From an uncultured delta proteobacterium (lineage in GTDB: Bacteria; Myxococcota; Myxococcia; Myxococcales; Myxococcaceae), in the NCBI GenBank assembly GCA_963713045.1, contig CAVQKE010000007.1, forward strand, positions 480,001-544,000: DNA of 64,000 nt. The letters are read 5' to 3'. Positions 23,755 through 33,099 of this stretch are shown piece by piece. The translations under genes and the position numbers were made by a program. The notes below the pieces were generated by a model. The model saw only the letters and a list, made by a program, of their open reading frames with translations. It was not told the origin of the DNA and made no database searches. Positions within the stretch are counted from its first letter, which is position 1; each line of letters begins with the position of its first letter.

Positions 23755-25806
23755 GTGCCCGGCACGACACAAAAACCCGGCGACGCGAGGGGCGGTCCAG
23801 AACGACCGCGGGAGTCTCCGGGGTTCCTCCGGCGGCTGAGCCACGTCCTCGTGGGGCGGCCTCGCAGCGTCGAGGACCCGAGCGTCTTCCACAAGGTCTC
23901 GCTGGTCACGCTGTTGGCCTGGGTCGGCCTCGGGGCCGATGGCCTCTCCTCCTCCTCCTACGGCCCGGAGGAGATGTTTCGGGCACTCGGCACGCACACC
24001 TCTCTGGCGGTGGGCCTGGCGCTGGCCACGGCCATCACCGTCCTCATCATCGCGCTGTCCTACAGCAAGATTATTGAGCACTTCCCCTTCGGAGGCGGCG
24101 GCTACATCGTGGCCACGAGGCTGCTCGGCCCGGGCGCGGGCGTCGTCTCCGGCAGTGCCCTGGTGGTGGACTACGTCCTCACCATCACCACCTCCATCGC
24201 CGCCGGCACTGAGGCCGTCTTCAGCCTTCTGCCCCCGGGCTGGGGTGGGGCGCGCCTCCTCGTCGAATTCCTCGTCATCGGCGTCCTGGTCCTCCTCAAC
24301 CTGCGCGGTGTGCGGGAGTCGGTCACCATCCTGGCCCCCATTTTCCTCGCCTTCCTCTTCACCCACGCCATCCTGATTTTTGGCGTCCTGGGGGTGAGCG
24401 CCGGCAACACCGGCGAGGTGGTGCACGAGGTGCGGGCTGGCTTCCACCACGACCTGTCGACTCTGGGCGCGGCGGGGCTGTTGGCCCTCTTTCTGCGCGC
24501 CTATTCCATGGGCGCGGGCACCTACACCGGCATCGAGGCCGTCTCCAACGGCCTGGCCATCATGCGTGAGCCCAAGGTGGCCACCGCCAAGCACACCATG
24601 GCGCTGATGGCCGCCTCGCTGGCCCTCACCGCCGGTGGCATCACCGTCGCTTACCTGCTTCTGCACGTCGTCCCGGAGGAGGGCCGCACCATGAATGCGG
24701 TGCTCACCGAGCGCTTCGCCGGCAGCTTCATGCTGGCAGGCTTCGCGGTGGGCAAGGGCTTCCTCTGGTTGACGCTGGCCTCCGAGGCGCTTCTCTTGTT
24801 TGTGGCCGCCCAGGCCGGCTTCATCGACGGCCCCCGCGTCATGGCCAACATGTCCATCGACAGCTGGCTTCCCCACCGCTTTGCGCAGCTGTCGAACCGC
24901 CTCACCATGCAGAATGGCGTCCTCCTCATGGGCCTCGCGTCGGTCGGCGCCCTCGTCTACACCAGTGGCAACATCTCCACGCTGGTGACGCTGTACGCCA
25001 TCAACGTCTTCCTCACCTTCTCGCTGAGCCAGGCCGCCATGTGCCGCTTCTGGCTGAGGCGGCGGAAGCGGGGCGACCGCACCTGGGCGCGCAGCATCGC
25101 CGTCCACGTGGTCGCTCTGGTGCTGTGCGTCGGCATCCTGCTCATCAACCTCTATGAGAAGTTTCTGAGCGGTGCCTGGGCGACGGTGGTGGTGACCGGT
25201 GGCCTCGTCTCGCTGTGCGTCATCATCCGCCGCCACTACCGCACGGTGCAGAAAAGCCTCCAGCGGTTGGATGAGATTCTCCCCTCGCTCCCCGTCAAGC
25301 CGGACGCGCCGCTGCGGGCGTTGGACCCGCGGGAGCCGACCGCGGTGCTGCTGGTGGGCAGCTACGCCGGCTTGGGCGTTCACTCCCTGCTCAGCATCCA
25401 GCGCCTCTTTCCCAACTACTATAAAAACTTCATCTTCATCTCCGTCGGCGTCATTGACTCGGCCAGCTTCAAGGACAGCGACGAAGTGCGGGAGGTGAAG
25501 GAGCGCACCGTCAAAAGTCTCCAGCGCTACGTCGCACTGGCCCGAGGACTCGGGCTCGCGGCGGACTACCGTTTTGCCCTGGGCACCGAGGCAGTGGACG
25601 CGGCCACGCGGCTCTCCCGCGAGGTGGGAAAAGAGTTTCCGCGCGCCATGTTTTTCGCCGGGAAACTCATTTTTCAGGACGAGCGCTGGTACCAGCGCAT
25701 TCTCCACAATGAGACTGCCTACCAGCTGCAGCGCACCCTCCAATTCTCCGGCCTCAACGCGATGGTGCTGCCGGTGCGCATTCTGGAGCCCCAGCCTGCC
25801 TTCTGA
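23755..25806 (+). CDS. APC-superfamily transporter, KimA/YdaO-like K+ uptake protein (start uncertain, 23698-23755)
   Basis: DGLSSSSYGPEE, GGGGY, DYVLT and TGIEAVSNG motifs, ~12 TM helices, cytoplasmic C-terminal domain with ILHNET. Confidence 0.8.
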   Translation: MPGTTQKPGDARGGPERPRESPGFLRRLSHVLVGRPRSVEDPSVFHKVSLVTLLAWVGLGADGLSSSSYGPEEMFRALGTHTSLAVGLALATAITVLIIALSYSKIIEHFPFGGGGYIVATRLLGPGAGVVSGSALVVDYVLTITTSIAAGTEAVFSLLPPGWGGARLLVEFLVIGVLVLLNLRGVRESVTILAPIFLAFLFTHAILIFGVLGVSAGNTGEVVHEVRAGFHHDLSTLGAAGLLALFLRAYSMGAGTYTGIEAVSNGLAIMREPKVATAKHTMALMAASLALTAGGITVAYLLLHVVPEEGRTMNAVLTERFAGSFMLAGFAVGKGFLWLTLASEALLLFVAAQAGFIDGPRVMANMSIDSWLPHRFAQLSNRLTMQNGVLLMGLASVGALVYTSGNISTLVTLYAINVFLTFSLSQAAMCRFWLRRRKRGDRTWARSIAVHVVALVLCVGILLINLYEKFLSGAWATVVVTGGLVSLCVIIRRHYRTVQKSLQRLDEILPSLPVKPDAPLRALDPREPTAVLLVGSYAGLGVHSLLSIQRLFPNYYKNFIFISVGVIDSASFKDSDEVREVKERTVKSLQRYVALARGLGLAADYRFALGTEAVDAATRLSREVGKEFPRAMFFAGKLIFQDERWYQRILHNETAYQLQRTLQFSGLNAMVLPVRILEPQPAF

Positions 25807-25839
25807 AGAAAGGCGCAGGCCAGGGCCGGAGGGACCGCT

Positions 25840-28014
25840 TCAGGGGTAAAACCTCTCGCCGTTGGAGGCTTTCTCGCGCAACAGCGCGGACGGCTCGAAA
25901 CGGGCGCCCAGCTTCGAGGCCAGCGACTCGAGGCGTCCGGCCAGGGCAGCGGCGCCAAAGGCGTCGGCGAACCGGAGGGGGCCCCCGCGGAAGGGCGGAA
26001 AGCCGAGGCCAAACACCGCGCCCACGTCGGCGTCCCTGGGGCTTCGCACGATGCCCTCCTCCAAGCAGCGAATGGCTTCATTCACCAGCGGGTAGACGCA
26101 GCGCTCGACGACTTCCTCCCTCGTCACCGGGCGCCGCTTCGTCCCAGGAGGCAACAGGGCATAGACGCCCTCGTCCACCACCTTCTTCTTGCCGTCGTAG
26201 GTGTAGAAGCCCTTTTTCGCCTTGCGGCCGAGCCAGCCGTTCTTCACCAGGGCCGTCATCGCCTCGGGCGCTTCCATCCGCTGACCGAAGGCGGCCTGGA
26301 GGACGTGGGAGACTTTCTCGGCCACGTCAATGCCCACCTCGTCCAGCAGTTGGTAGGGCCCCACCGGAAAGCCAAAGTCCACCAGAGCCTCGTCCACCGC
26401 GCGGACCTCAGCGCCGTCGAGAAAAAGGTGGGCCGCCTCATTGAGGCAGGGCGCGAGCACGCGCGAGGTGTAGAAGCCCGGGCCGTCGCGTACCACAATG
26501 ACGGTTTTTCCCTGCCGCTTGCCGAGGGCCACGCACGTCGCCGTCACCCAAGGGGCGGTGCCCGCGTAGGTGATGACTTCCAACAGCGGCATTTTCTCCA
26601 CCGGGCTGAAGTAGTGCATCCCAATCACCTGGGCCGGCCGCCGCGCCCCGTCCGCCAACTGGGTAATGGGGAGGGAGGAGGTGTTGGAGGCGAAAATGCA
26701 GTGCGCCGGGGTGGCCGCCTCGGCCTCGTCCCGAAGCTTCTTCTTCAGCGCCAAATCCTCGAAGACGGCCTCCACCACCACGTCCGCCCTGGCGAAGCCT
26801 GCCCAGTCCGTGCCGGCTGTCACTTGCGCCATGCGGGCGTCGAGTTCGCGTTTTGTAAGGCGCCGCTTGTCGACTTGCGCTTGCAGCTGGCCCCGTACGT
26901 GCGCCAGGGCACGGCCCGCGGCCGGGTTGTCTTTCTCCTTCACCCGGACATGCATCCCGGCCGTCACCGCACTCACGTAGGCGATGCCGCCGCCCATCAG
27001 GCCGCCGCCCAGCACCGCCACCTTGGCCACAGCGCGGGGCTGGACGGACGCGTCGGCGACGCCCCTGTCTTTTTTCAGCTCGGTGGTGGCGAAGAAAATT
27101 TCCCGCAGCCGGTGGCTGACACCGGTGGTGAGGAGTTCACCGAAGGCGCTGGCCTCAGCGCGGAGGCCCGCCTCCATGCCCTTTTCGATTCCCGTTTGCA
27201 CCACCTCCAGCGCGCGCTCGGGCGCCGGGTAATGGCCTCGCGTCTTCGTCCGAAGCTGCTTGCGCGCCTGCTCGAAGAGGAAGGCCCGGCCGAGGGGGTT
27301 GTCCTCCAAGGCAAGCTCCGTCCAGGTCTGCTTCCTGCCAAGGGCCTCAAAGACGGCTGACAGTCCAGGGGCGGCCCTTTGCGTCGGTTTGAGGCTTCCA
27401 TCCGCCAGGGCCCTGGCGCGGGCCAGCGCCACGTCGAGAAGCAGTGGCTTGGGCACCACCTCGTCCACCAGGCCCAGCTTTCTCGCTTTACTGGGGCGGA
27501 CGGACTTGCCGGTGAGGATGACGTCCAACGCCTGGGCAATGCCGATGAGGCGCGGCAGCCGCTGCGTCCCCCCGGCCCCGGGCAACAGGCCGAGTTGCAC
27601 CTCCGGAAGGCCCAGCTGCGTCTTGGGCGAGTCCGTGCAAAGGCGGTAGCTACAGGCAAGTGCCCATTCGAGGCCGCCCCCGAGGCAGGCGCCGTTGATG
27701 GCGGCGACGACGGGTTTCGCGCAGTGGGCCAGCCTTTCAAAGCCGGCCTGGCCCTCCTGGGAGGCGCGCTCCCCGTCCTCCTTCGTCCGTAGGCTTCCCA
27801 GCCAGCGGACGTCCGCCCCGGCGACAAACCCGTCCGGCTTGCCGGAGGTAAAGACCACCGCGCGCACGGCGTCGTCCTCGAGGGCCCGGCCCAGGGCCAC
27901 ATCGAAGAGGGCTCCGGTGGCGGGCGACAGGGTATTGACCGGCTCGCCTGGCAAGTCGAGGGTAAGGACGGCCACGCCGTCCCGCAGGTCATAGGTGAGG
28001 GCGGTGTCGGCCAT
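25840..28014 (-). CDS. fadJ: Fatty acid oxidation complex alpha subunit (enoyl-CoA hydratase/3-hydroxyacyl-CoA dehydrogenase)
   Basis: CLGGGLE, LPEVQLGLLPGAGGTQRL, GGGLMGGGI, ASNTSSLPI, GMHYFSPV and GLGFPPFRGGP motifs. Confidence 0.92.
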   Translation of the reverse strand: MADTALTYDLRDGVAVLTLDLPGEPVNTLSPATGALFDVALGRALEDDAVRAVVFTSGKPDGFVAGADVRWLGSLRTKEDGERASQEGQAGFERLAHCAKPVVAAINGACLGGGLEWALACSYRLCTDSPKTQLGLPEVQLGLLPGAGGTQRLPRLIGIAQALDVILTGKSVRPSKARKLGLVDEVVPKPLLLDVALARARALADGSLKPTQRAAPGLSAVFEALGRKQTWTELALEDNPLGRAFLFEQARKQLRTKTRGHYPAPERALEVVQTGIEKGMEAGLRAEASAFGELLTTGVSHRLREIFFATTELKKDRGVADASVQPRAVAKVAVLGGGLMGGGIAYVSAVTAGMHVRVKEKDNPAAGRALAHVRGQLQAQVDKRRLTKRELDARMAQVTAGTDWAGFARADVVVEAVFEDLALKKKLRDEAEAATPAHCIFASNTSSLPITQLADGARRPAQVIGMHYFSPVEKMPLLEVITYAGTAPWVTATCVALGKRQGKTVIVVRDGPGFYTSRVLAPCLNEAAHLFLDGAEVRAVDEALVDFGFPVGPYQLLDEVGIDVAEKVSHVLQAAFGQRMEAPEAMTALVKNGWLGRKAKKGFYTYDGKKKVVDEGVYALLPPGTKRRPVTREEVVERCVYPLVNEAIRCLEEGIVRSPRDADVGAVFGLGFPPFRGGPLRFADAFGAAALAGRLESLASKLGARFEPSALLREKASNGERFYP

Positions 28015-28018
28015 GCCG

Positions 28019-29320
28019 TCAGCTGCGCTCCAGAACGATGGCCGCCCCATTGCCGCCTTGGGCGCAGACGGTGCACAGGGCGGTGTTGAGGTTGTTCCGC
28101 TTCAATAGATAAAGGGCCTGCATCACCACCCGCGCGCCGGTGGCGGCAAAGGGGTGGCCGAGGGCGATGGAGCCCCCATCCAGGTTGAGGCGGCTTCTGT
28201 CCACTTCGCCCAACGGGGCCGAGCGGCCCATTTTCTTGGCGAAGGCCTCGGAGGCAAACGCTTGGAGGTTACTGGCGAGCTGCGCCCCAAAGGCCTCATG
28301 CATCTCAAAGACGTCAATGTCCGACAGCTTCATCCCCGCCCTGTCCAGCGCGACGGGCGCGGCGTAGGCCGGCCCCTGAAGCAGCTGGTCGGCTGGGTCC
28401 GTGGCGGCATAGGCCCAGGACCGCACGTACCCGAGAGGCTCCACGCCGAGGGCCCGTGCCCGCCCCTCACTCATCACGACGAGTGCCGCCGCCCCGTCGG
28501 TGAGAGGGGAGGAGTTGCCGGCCGTCACGGTGCCGTACTTCTTGTCGAAGACGGGCTTGAGGGCGGCCAGGGCCTCGGCGCTGGTGTCCGGCCGGACAAT
28601 GTCATCCTGGTCGGCCACCTTCTCGTAGCGGGGCGGGACAAGGACGGGAAACACCTGGGCGTCAAAATGGCCTTCCCTCCATGCCCTAGCGGCTTTTTGG
28701 TGCGAGGCCAACGCAATGGCGTCCTGCTCGGCGCGGGAAATGTGGTTCTCCTGCGCCATTTTCTCCGCGCTTTGCCCCATGGTGAGGCCGGTGGAGTACT
28801 CGGCAATGGCCGGCGGGACGGGGACCAAATCCGCGGCGTGCAGGCCCTCAAATGCGCGCAGCTTGTCGGGCAGGCTCTTGGCTCGCGAGGCCTTCACCAG
28901 CGCCCGGGCCAACGGCTGGCTTGCGAAGACGGGTGCATCGGACATGCACTCGGTGCCTCCAGCGATGGCCACCTCCGACAGGCCCAAGGCGATTGTCGTA
29001 GCGACGTCCGTCAGCGCCTGAAGGCTGGTGGCGCAGGCCCGCGCCACGGTGTGAGCCTCGAGTGTCCGCGGCAGGGCCGACGCCAGGACCACCTCTCGGG
29101 CGATGCTGGGGGCCAACAACGTGGGAATGACTTGGCCAAACACCAGCTGGTCCAAGCTTTGGGGGTCCACCCCCGAGCGCTCCACCAACTCCTGGACGAC
29201 GGCGCGGCCCAAGTCCAGCGCCGTAAGGGACTGGAAGGTGCCTCCTGCCTTGACGAAGGGCGTGCGCAGGCCGTGGACAATGGCGGCGCGCGTGTTTCCC
29301 GCGACTGCCAACGAAGTCAT
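28019..29320 (-). CDS. fadI: 3-ketoacyl-CoA thiolase, fatty acid oxidation complex beta subunit
   Basis: RTPF, ARACATS, NSSPLTDGAA, MHEAFG and GGSIALGHPFAATG motifs; upstream of fadJ. Confidence 0.92.
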   Translation of the reverse strand: MTSLAVAGNTRAAIVHGLRTPFVKAGGTFQSLTALDLGRAVVQELVERSGVDPQSLDQLVFGQVIPTLLAPSIAREVVLASALPRTLEAHTVARACATSLQALTDVATTIALGLSEVAIAGGTECMSDAPVFASQPLARALVKASRAKSLPDKLRAFEGLHAADLVPVPPAIAEYSTGLTMGQSAEKMAQENHISRAEQDAIALASHQKAARAWREGHFDAQVFPVLVPPRYEKVADQDDIVRPDTSAEALAALKPVFDKKYGTVTAGNSSPLTDGAAALVVMSEGRARALGVEPLGYVRSWAYAATDPADQLLQGPAYAAPVALDRAGMKLSDIDVFEMHEAFGAQLASNLQAFASEAFAKKMGRSAPLGEVDRSRLNLDGGSIALGHPFAATGARVVMQALYLLKRNNLNTALCTVCAQGGNGAAIVLERS

Positions 29321-29355
29321 ACGCCCAGGGCTTTGAACAGAGGCCTTCTGGGAAG

Positions 29356-30390
29356 TCAACGCACCGGCGAGTGGCGGCCAAAGCGGTGGACCGCGTCCAC
29401 CAGCGCCTTGGCCGCGTCCGGAGAGGTTGGCGGCAGAATGCCGTGGCCGAGGTTGAAAATGTGGCCCACTGGGCCCGCACGCCTCAGCACGTCCTGGACG
29501 CGGGCCTCGAGCTCGGCCTGCGGCAGGAAGAGGGCGAGTGGGTCCAGGTTGCCTTGAAGCGCCACCCCCTCCCCCGCCCGCGCGCGTGCCTCGTCGAGGT
29601 GAATGCGCCAGTCGCAACCCACCACGTCCGCGCCGGTGCGAACGAGCTGGGGCAGCAGCGTCGACATGGACGTCCCAAACACAATGACGGGCACCCCCGT
29701 TTCCTGGAGCGCCGCGACCATGCGCGTCACGTAGGGCAGCGCAAATGTCTCATAGTCCTCCGGCCCGAGCTCTCCGCCCCAGGAATCGAAGATTTGGACG
29801 ATGCGGGCGCCCGCTTTCACCTGCATTTGCAAATAGGGGATGAGGGTTTGGGTGAGCTTCTCGAAGAGGCGGTGCGCAAGCCGTGGGTCCTCGAAGAGAA
29901 GACGCTTGATGGCGATGAAGCTTTTCGAGCCGCCCCCCTCCACCATGTACGCAGCCAGGGTGAAAGGCGCCCCGCTAAACCCAATAACGGGGACGGCATC
30001 CGAAAGCGCCGCGCGCGTGCGCCCGATGGCCTCGGCGACGAAGCCCGTCTCGGCCACCGGGTCCGGAATGGCGAGGCGCTCAACATCCGACGCCGTGCGC
30101 AAGGGACTCGGGAAATGCGGCCCCTTGTCGCCGAGCTCAAGTTCCATCCCCATCGCTTCAACCGGGATGAGGATGTCGGAGAAAATGATGGCCGCATCGA
30201 CGCCGAGCCGAGTGACGGGCTGCACTGTCACTTCGGCCGCCAGTTCGGGTGTCTTACACAGCTTGAGGAACTCCACCTTGCTCCGGATGGCTCGGTACTC
30301 CGGGAGGTAGCGCCCCGCCTGCCGCATGAGCCATACGGGGGTGACGTCGACGGGTTGGCGACGCGCGGCGTTGAGAAGGCGTTCGTTCAC
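29356..30390 (-). CDS. hemE: Uroporphyrinogen decarboxylase (start 30390 or 30411)
   Basis: PVWLMRQAGRYLPEY, FSDIL, QIFDSWG, QGNLDP and FNLGHG motifs. Confidence 0.96.
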   Translation of the reverse strand: MNERLLNAARRQPVDVTPVWLMRQAGRYLPEYRAIRSKVEFLKLCKTPELAAEVTVQPVTRLGVDAAIIFSDILIPVEAMGMELELGDKGPHFPSPLRTASDVERLAIPDPVAETGFVAEAIGRTRAALSDAVPVIGFSGAPFTLAAYMVEGGGSKSFIAIKRLLFEDPRLAHRLFEKLTQTLIPYLQMQVKAGARIVQIFDSWGGELGPEDYETFALPYVTRMVAALQETGVPVIVFGTSMSTLLPQLVRTGADVVGCDWRIHLDEARARAGEGVALQGNLDPLALFLPQAELEARVQDVLRRAGPVGHIFNLGHGILPPTSPDAAKALVDAVHRFGRHSPVR

Positions 30391-30491
30391 TGTTGCATAG
30401 CCTAGCGCCACGGGAAATGAGGCGCGGTTTCAAATTGCAGCTGCGGAGAGCTTCCTGCGCCTGCCTTAGCAGGAGTCGAGTCGAGCGCTCC

Positions 30492-30521
30492 TTGACACCC
30501 TCCTGACTCCGCCAGTATGAG
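30492..30521 (+). promoter_or_regulatory. Sigma70 promoter of the tRNA pair
   Basis: TTGACA-N18-TATGAG followed by a GC-rich discriminator, 35 bp before tRNA-Val. Confidence 0.6.
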
Positions 30522-30556
30522 CCGCCCGCTGCACGTTGTAGGGTGGAGAAGGAGTC

Positions 30557-30628
30557 GGGCGGGTAGCTCAGCGGTAGAGCATCGCCCTTACAAGGCGAGG
30601 GTCACAGGTTCGACCCCTGTTCCGCCCA
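30557..30628 (+). tRNA. tRNA-Val (anticodon TAC); CCA not encoded
   Basis: Cloverleaf: GGGCGGG/TCCGCCC acceptor, GCTC/GAGC D stem, TCGCC-CTTACAA-GGCGA anticodon arm, ACAGG-TTCGACC-CCTGT T arm. Confidence 0.97.
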
Positions 30629-30644
30629 AAGTCGTCGTCGTGCT

Positions 30645-30718
30645 GGGGAGTTAGTTCAGCTGGTTAGAACGCCGGCCTGTCACGCCGGAGGTCACGGGTT
30701 CAAGTCCCGTACTCCTCG
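30645..30718 (+). tRNA. tRNA-Asp (anticodon GTC); CCA not encoded
   Basis: GGGGAGT/ACTCCTC acceptor, GTTC/GAAC D stem, CCGGC-CTGTCAC-GCCGG anticodon arm, ACGGG-TTCAAGT-CCCGT T arm. Confidence 0.97.
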
Positions 30719-30776
30719 CTTCGCCGTTCCGCTAGGGCTTCGGATTCGCTGCGTTTTCAGCCCAGCGACCGGTTCT

Positions 30777-31023
30777 GGTTCTTGTCACTCAGTGGTGGGT
30801 TTTGACGAAAAGCTGATTAGGCACACGCGTTTAGAAGTCTGAGACGGTAGTTGGCGAATGACCTATAGCCGTAAGCCCGCCGTTTCACGAGCTTTGCCTT
30901 GTTGTTGAAGCCCTCCGTGCGGCCGTTGGTGAGGCCGGTGGCGAAGTAGGCCAGGATTTCGGTTCGCCACTTCATCAGCGTCCGGCGCGCAGCGTCTTGA
31001 GTTCTGGAAGCGGGCTGAGGCCG
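30777..31023 (-). mobile_element. ISL3-family transposase C-terminal remnant with probable right inverted repeat
   Basis: Translates to SPLPELKTLR/RTLMKWRTEILAYFATGLTNGRTEGFNNKAKLVKRRAYGYRSFANYRLRLLNACA* (stop at 30817); GGTTCTT at 30777 fits ISL3 ends. Confidence 0.85.
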
Positions 31024-31372
31024 TGCGAGTTCCCCCCCGAGCGACTAGACCCTTCTTCCGCCACGACTTGAAAGCCCTCGGGACGCTCGGTGGGCATCAC
31101 CGCCCTGGGCGACTCTCCGAGCAGAACGTCATCAGTCTTGGCTCCAGTCCGCGCACGTTGCATTCGAGAGTGTCGCCTTCGGTGGCAGCGTGCTGACAGA
31201 CTTCCTGATGCCTTCAAAGAATCCGCCGGAGCCAGCGCCTGAAACCCACAGGCTTTGCGGCTCGTAGCCACGCCGTTCTTGAAGTGGAGCACCACAGTCC
31301 TTCTGCAGGCGGAACGAATTAGGTCGTCGAGCTCCCTGACGCCTGAGATTCTCCTGCAGCTATAGTCGCGGT

Positions 31373-32149
31373 GTGGCCCAACCCCCGCCCGCATATGATA
31401 ACGAACTCCTCCAAGTCCATTTGGAGCAGGCCGCAGTTGCGCTGCCTGGGCCTGACTACTACACCGTCCTGCGCTGGATTCATCAGATCCTCCAGCCAGC
31501 GACCTACATAGAAATCGGAGTTCGCCAGGGGGAGTCGTTGCGTGCAGCTCTAGCGGGAACTCGATGCGTGGCCATCGATCCACTTCCTGCGCTGACGGGA
31601 GATCTCCCCTCAGACACTCGGGTGTTCCCCATGACGAGCGACACCTTCTTCAATACCCACGATTTAGCTGAAGTGCTACGGACCCCGCATTTTTCTCTCG
31701 CTTTCATCGACGGCCTTCATCTCTTCGAGCAAGCGCTACGGGATTTTATTCACCTCGAGCGGTTCGCAAGCCACAAATCGATCATCTTACTCCACGACTG
31801 TTTGCCACTAGATCGCGTCACGTCGGAACGCATTCGGACGACTCACTTTTATAGTGGGGATGTCTGGAAGCTTCCGATGTGCCTCAAAAAGCATGGGCAG
31901 GACTTGAGAATCGCAACAATCCGAACCGGGCCTACCGGCCTCTGCCTAGTGAGCCATTTCAACCCTGGAGTCCGAGCCCTGAGAGATCCATATGATGCTT
32001 ACCTGGCGGAGTACTTGTCGCTGAGCTTCGATGACTATCGCAAGCATCCGGAACAAATGCCCAACACGTGGGGCAACTCCTTCGAGGCGGTCCGGGCGTG
32101 TATCGCCCACTTATTTCAGAAGGAGCCCCCCGGTGGCCCGGAGCCGTAA
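31373..32149 (+). CDS. Class I SAM-dependent methyltransferase (Methyltransf_24-like)
   Basis: YIEIGVRQGES, FIDGLHLFEQALRDF, LHDCLP and GDVWK motifs. Confidence 0.85.
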   Translation: MAQPPPAYDNELLQVHLEQAAVALPGPDYYTVLRWIHQILQPATYIEIGVRQGESLRAALAGTRCVAIDPLPALTGDLPSDTRVFPMTSDTFFNTHDLAEVLRTPHFSLAFIDGLHLFEQALRDFIHLERFASHKSIILLHDCLPLDRVTSERIRTTHFYSGDVWKLPMCLKKHGQDLRIATIRTGPTGLCLVSHFNPGVRALRDPYDAYLAEYLSLSFDDYRKHPEQMPNTWGNSFEAVRACIAHLFQKEPPGGPEP

Positions 32150-32901
32150 AGCGACCTCCAGTCAAAAATCGGCAGCGGGTTTAGCTCGGATTTTCCGTCA
32201 TCGTAGTGGAGCTTTTCTGGTGGTATCTCGAGTCGATCCAGATTAAGCTTCATGTTCTCGTAATGGTAGTTGCTTCCACCGCGAAGCAAGCCAGTCCTGT
32301 CCCGGAAGAGACGAGACAACATCTGCTCCCGACTTCGCATGGAATAGTGGCGCAAATTAAACCAGACTGGCCATTGAAGCCCGAGCGGTGGGTTGTGATT
32401 GAAAATTCGAATGTTTGTCGCGGAAGCCCGCCAAGCTCGAATTCGGGCCGCGCAGTCTCCGAATAAAGAATAGTGTCGGATTCTAGCTAATGGAGATTCA
32501 ACCTGCGGATCGTCTGCACTGGTTAGCCAGTAATTAAAATTATTAAATCGTACCCAATTAAAATTGGACTCGTGCACTTCTTCGATCCATTGATGATACG
32601 CCTTCGATCGATCGGGACCCTCTAGTATCTCGTCTTGGTCTGGCCATGAAATCCAGTCATAAATGGATGTGTAGTTCTCGATGAGATGACGGGACATGGC
32701 TGGATAGAGTTCGTAAAAATCGACTTCTCTTGGAATTATTCGTGATTCGAGTAGCTCGGCTTTAAATTTTTGAATGACTTCGGCCGTCTGGTCGGTCGAC
32801 CCATGGTCCCAAACCACCAAGTCATGCTCTTGATTGAGCAGATAGCGTAAGGCGTCCTCCAGAAGGTCGCCATCATTGTAACACAACAGAACGCCGAGCA
32901 T
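32116..32901 (-). CDS. Glycosyltransferase family 2 (GT-A)
   Basis: YNDGDLL, VWDHGSTDQT and WPDQDE (DxD) motifs; AT-rich. Confidence 0.8.
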   Translation of the reverse strand: MLGVLLCYNDGDLLEDALRYLLNQEHDLVVWDHGSTDQTAEVIQKFKAELLESRIIPREVDFYELYPAMSRHLIENYTSIYDWISWPDQDEILEGPDRSKAYHQWIEEVHESNFNWVRFNNFNYWLTSADDPQVESPLARIRHYSLFGDCAARIRAWRASATNIRIFNHNPPLGLQWPVWFNLRHYSMRSREQMLSRLFRDRTGLLRGGSNYHYENMKLNLDRLEIPPEKLHYDDGKSELNPLPIFDWRSLYGSGPPGGSF

Positions 32902-33099
32902 TCGAATGCGAGCCAGGACTTACGTTCCTTTCCGATTAGTTGAATCTCCAGGAAGCCGATACTGGTGTGCCCCCCCCCTTGCCAGGTCTGACCATGAATA
33001 CTTCACGGCTCGGAAAAGCCTGGCGCGGCTGACGAGTTCGTAGGCACCGTGTCGGAGGCGCAGTCGCGGCACTGACGGGCGTCCCTTTAGCGCTACCAC

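Noticed and set aside
11386..29557. Long antisense or off-frame ORFs (e.g. 11386-12927, 19702-21171, 23737-25743, 28154-29557)
   Set aside because: Shadows of well-supported genes in high-GC DNA; no motifs of their own
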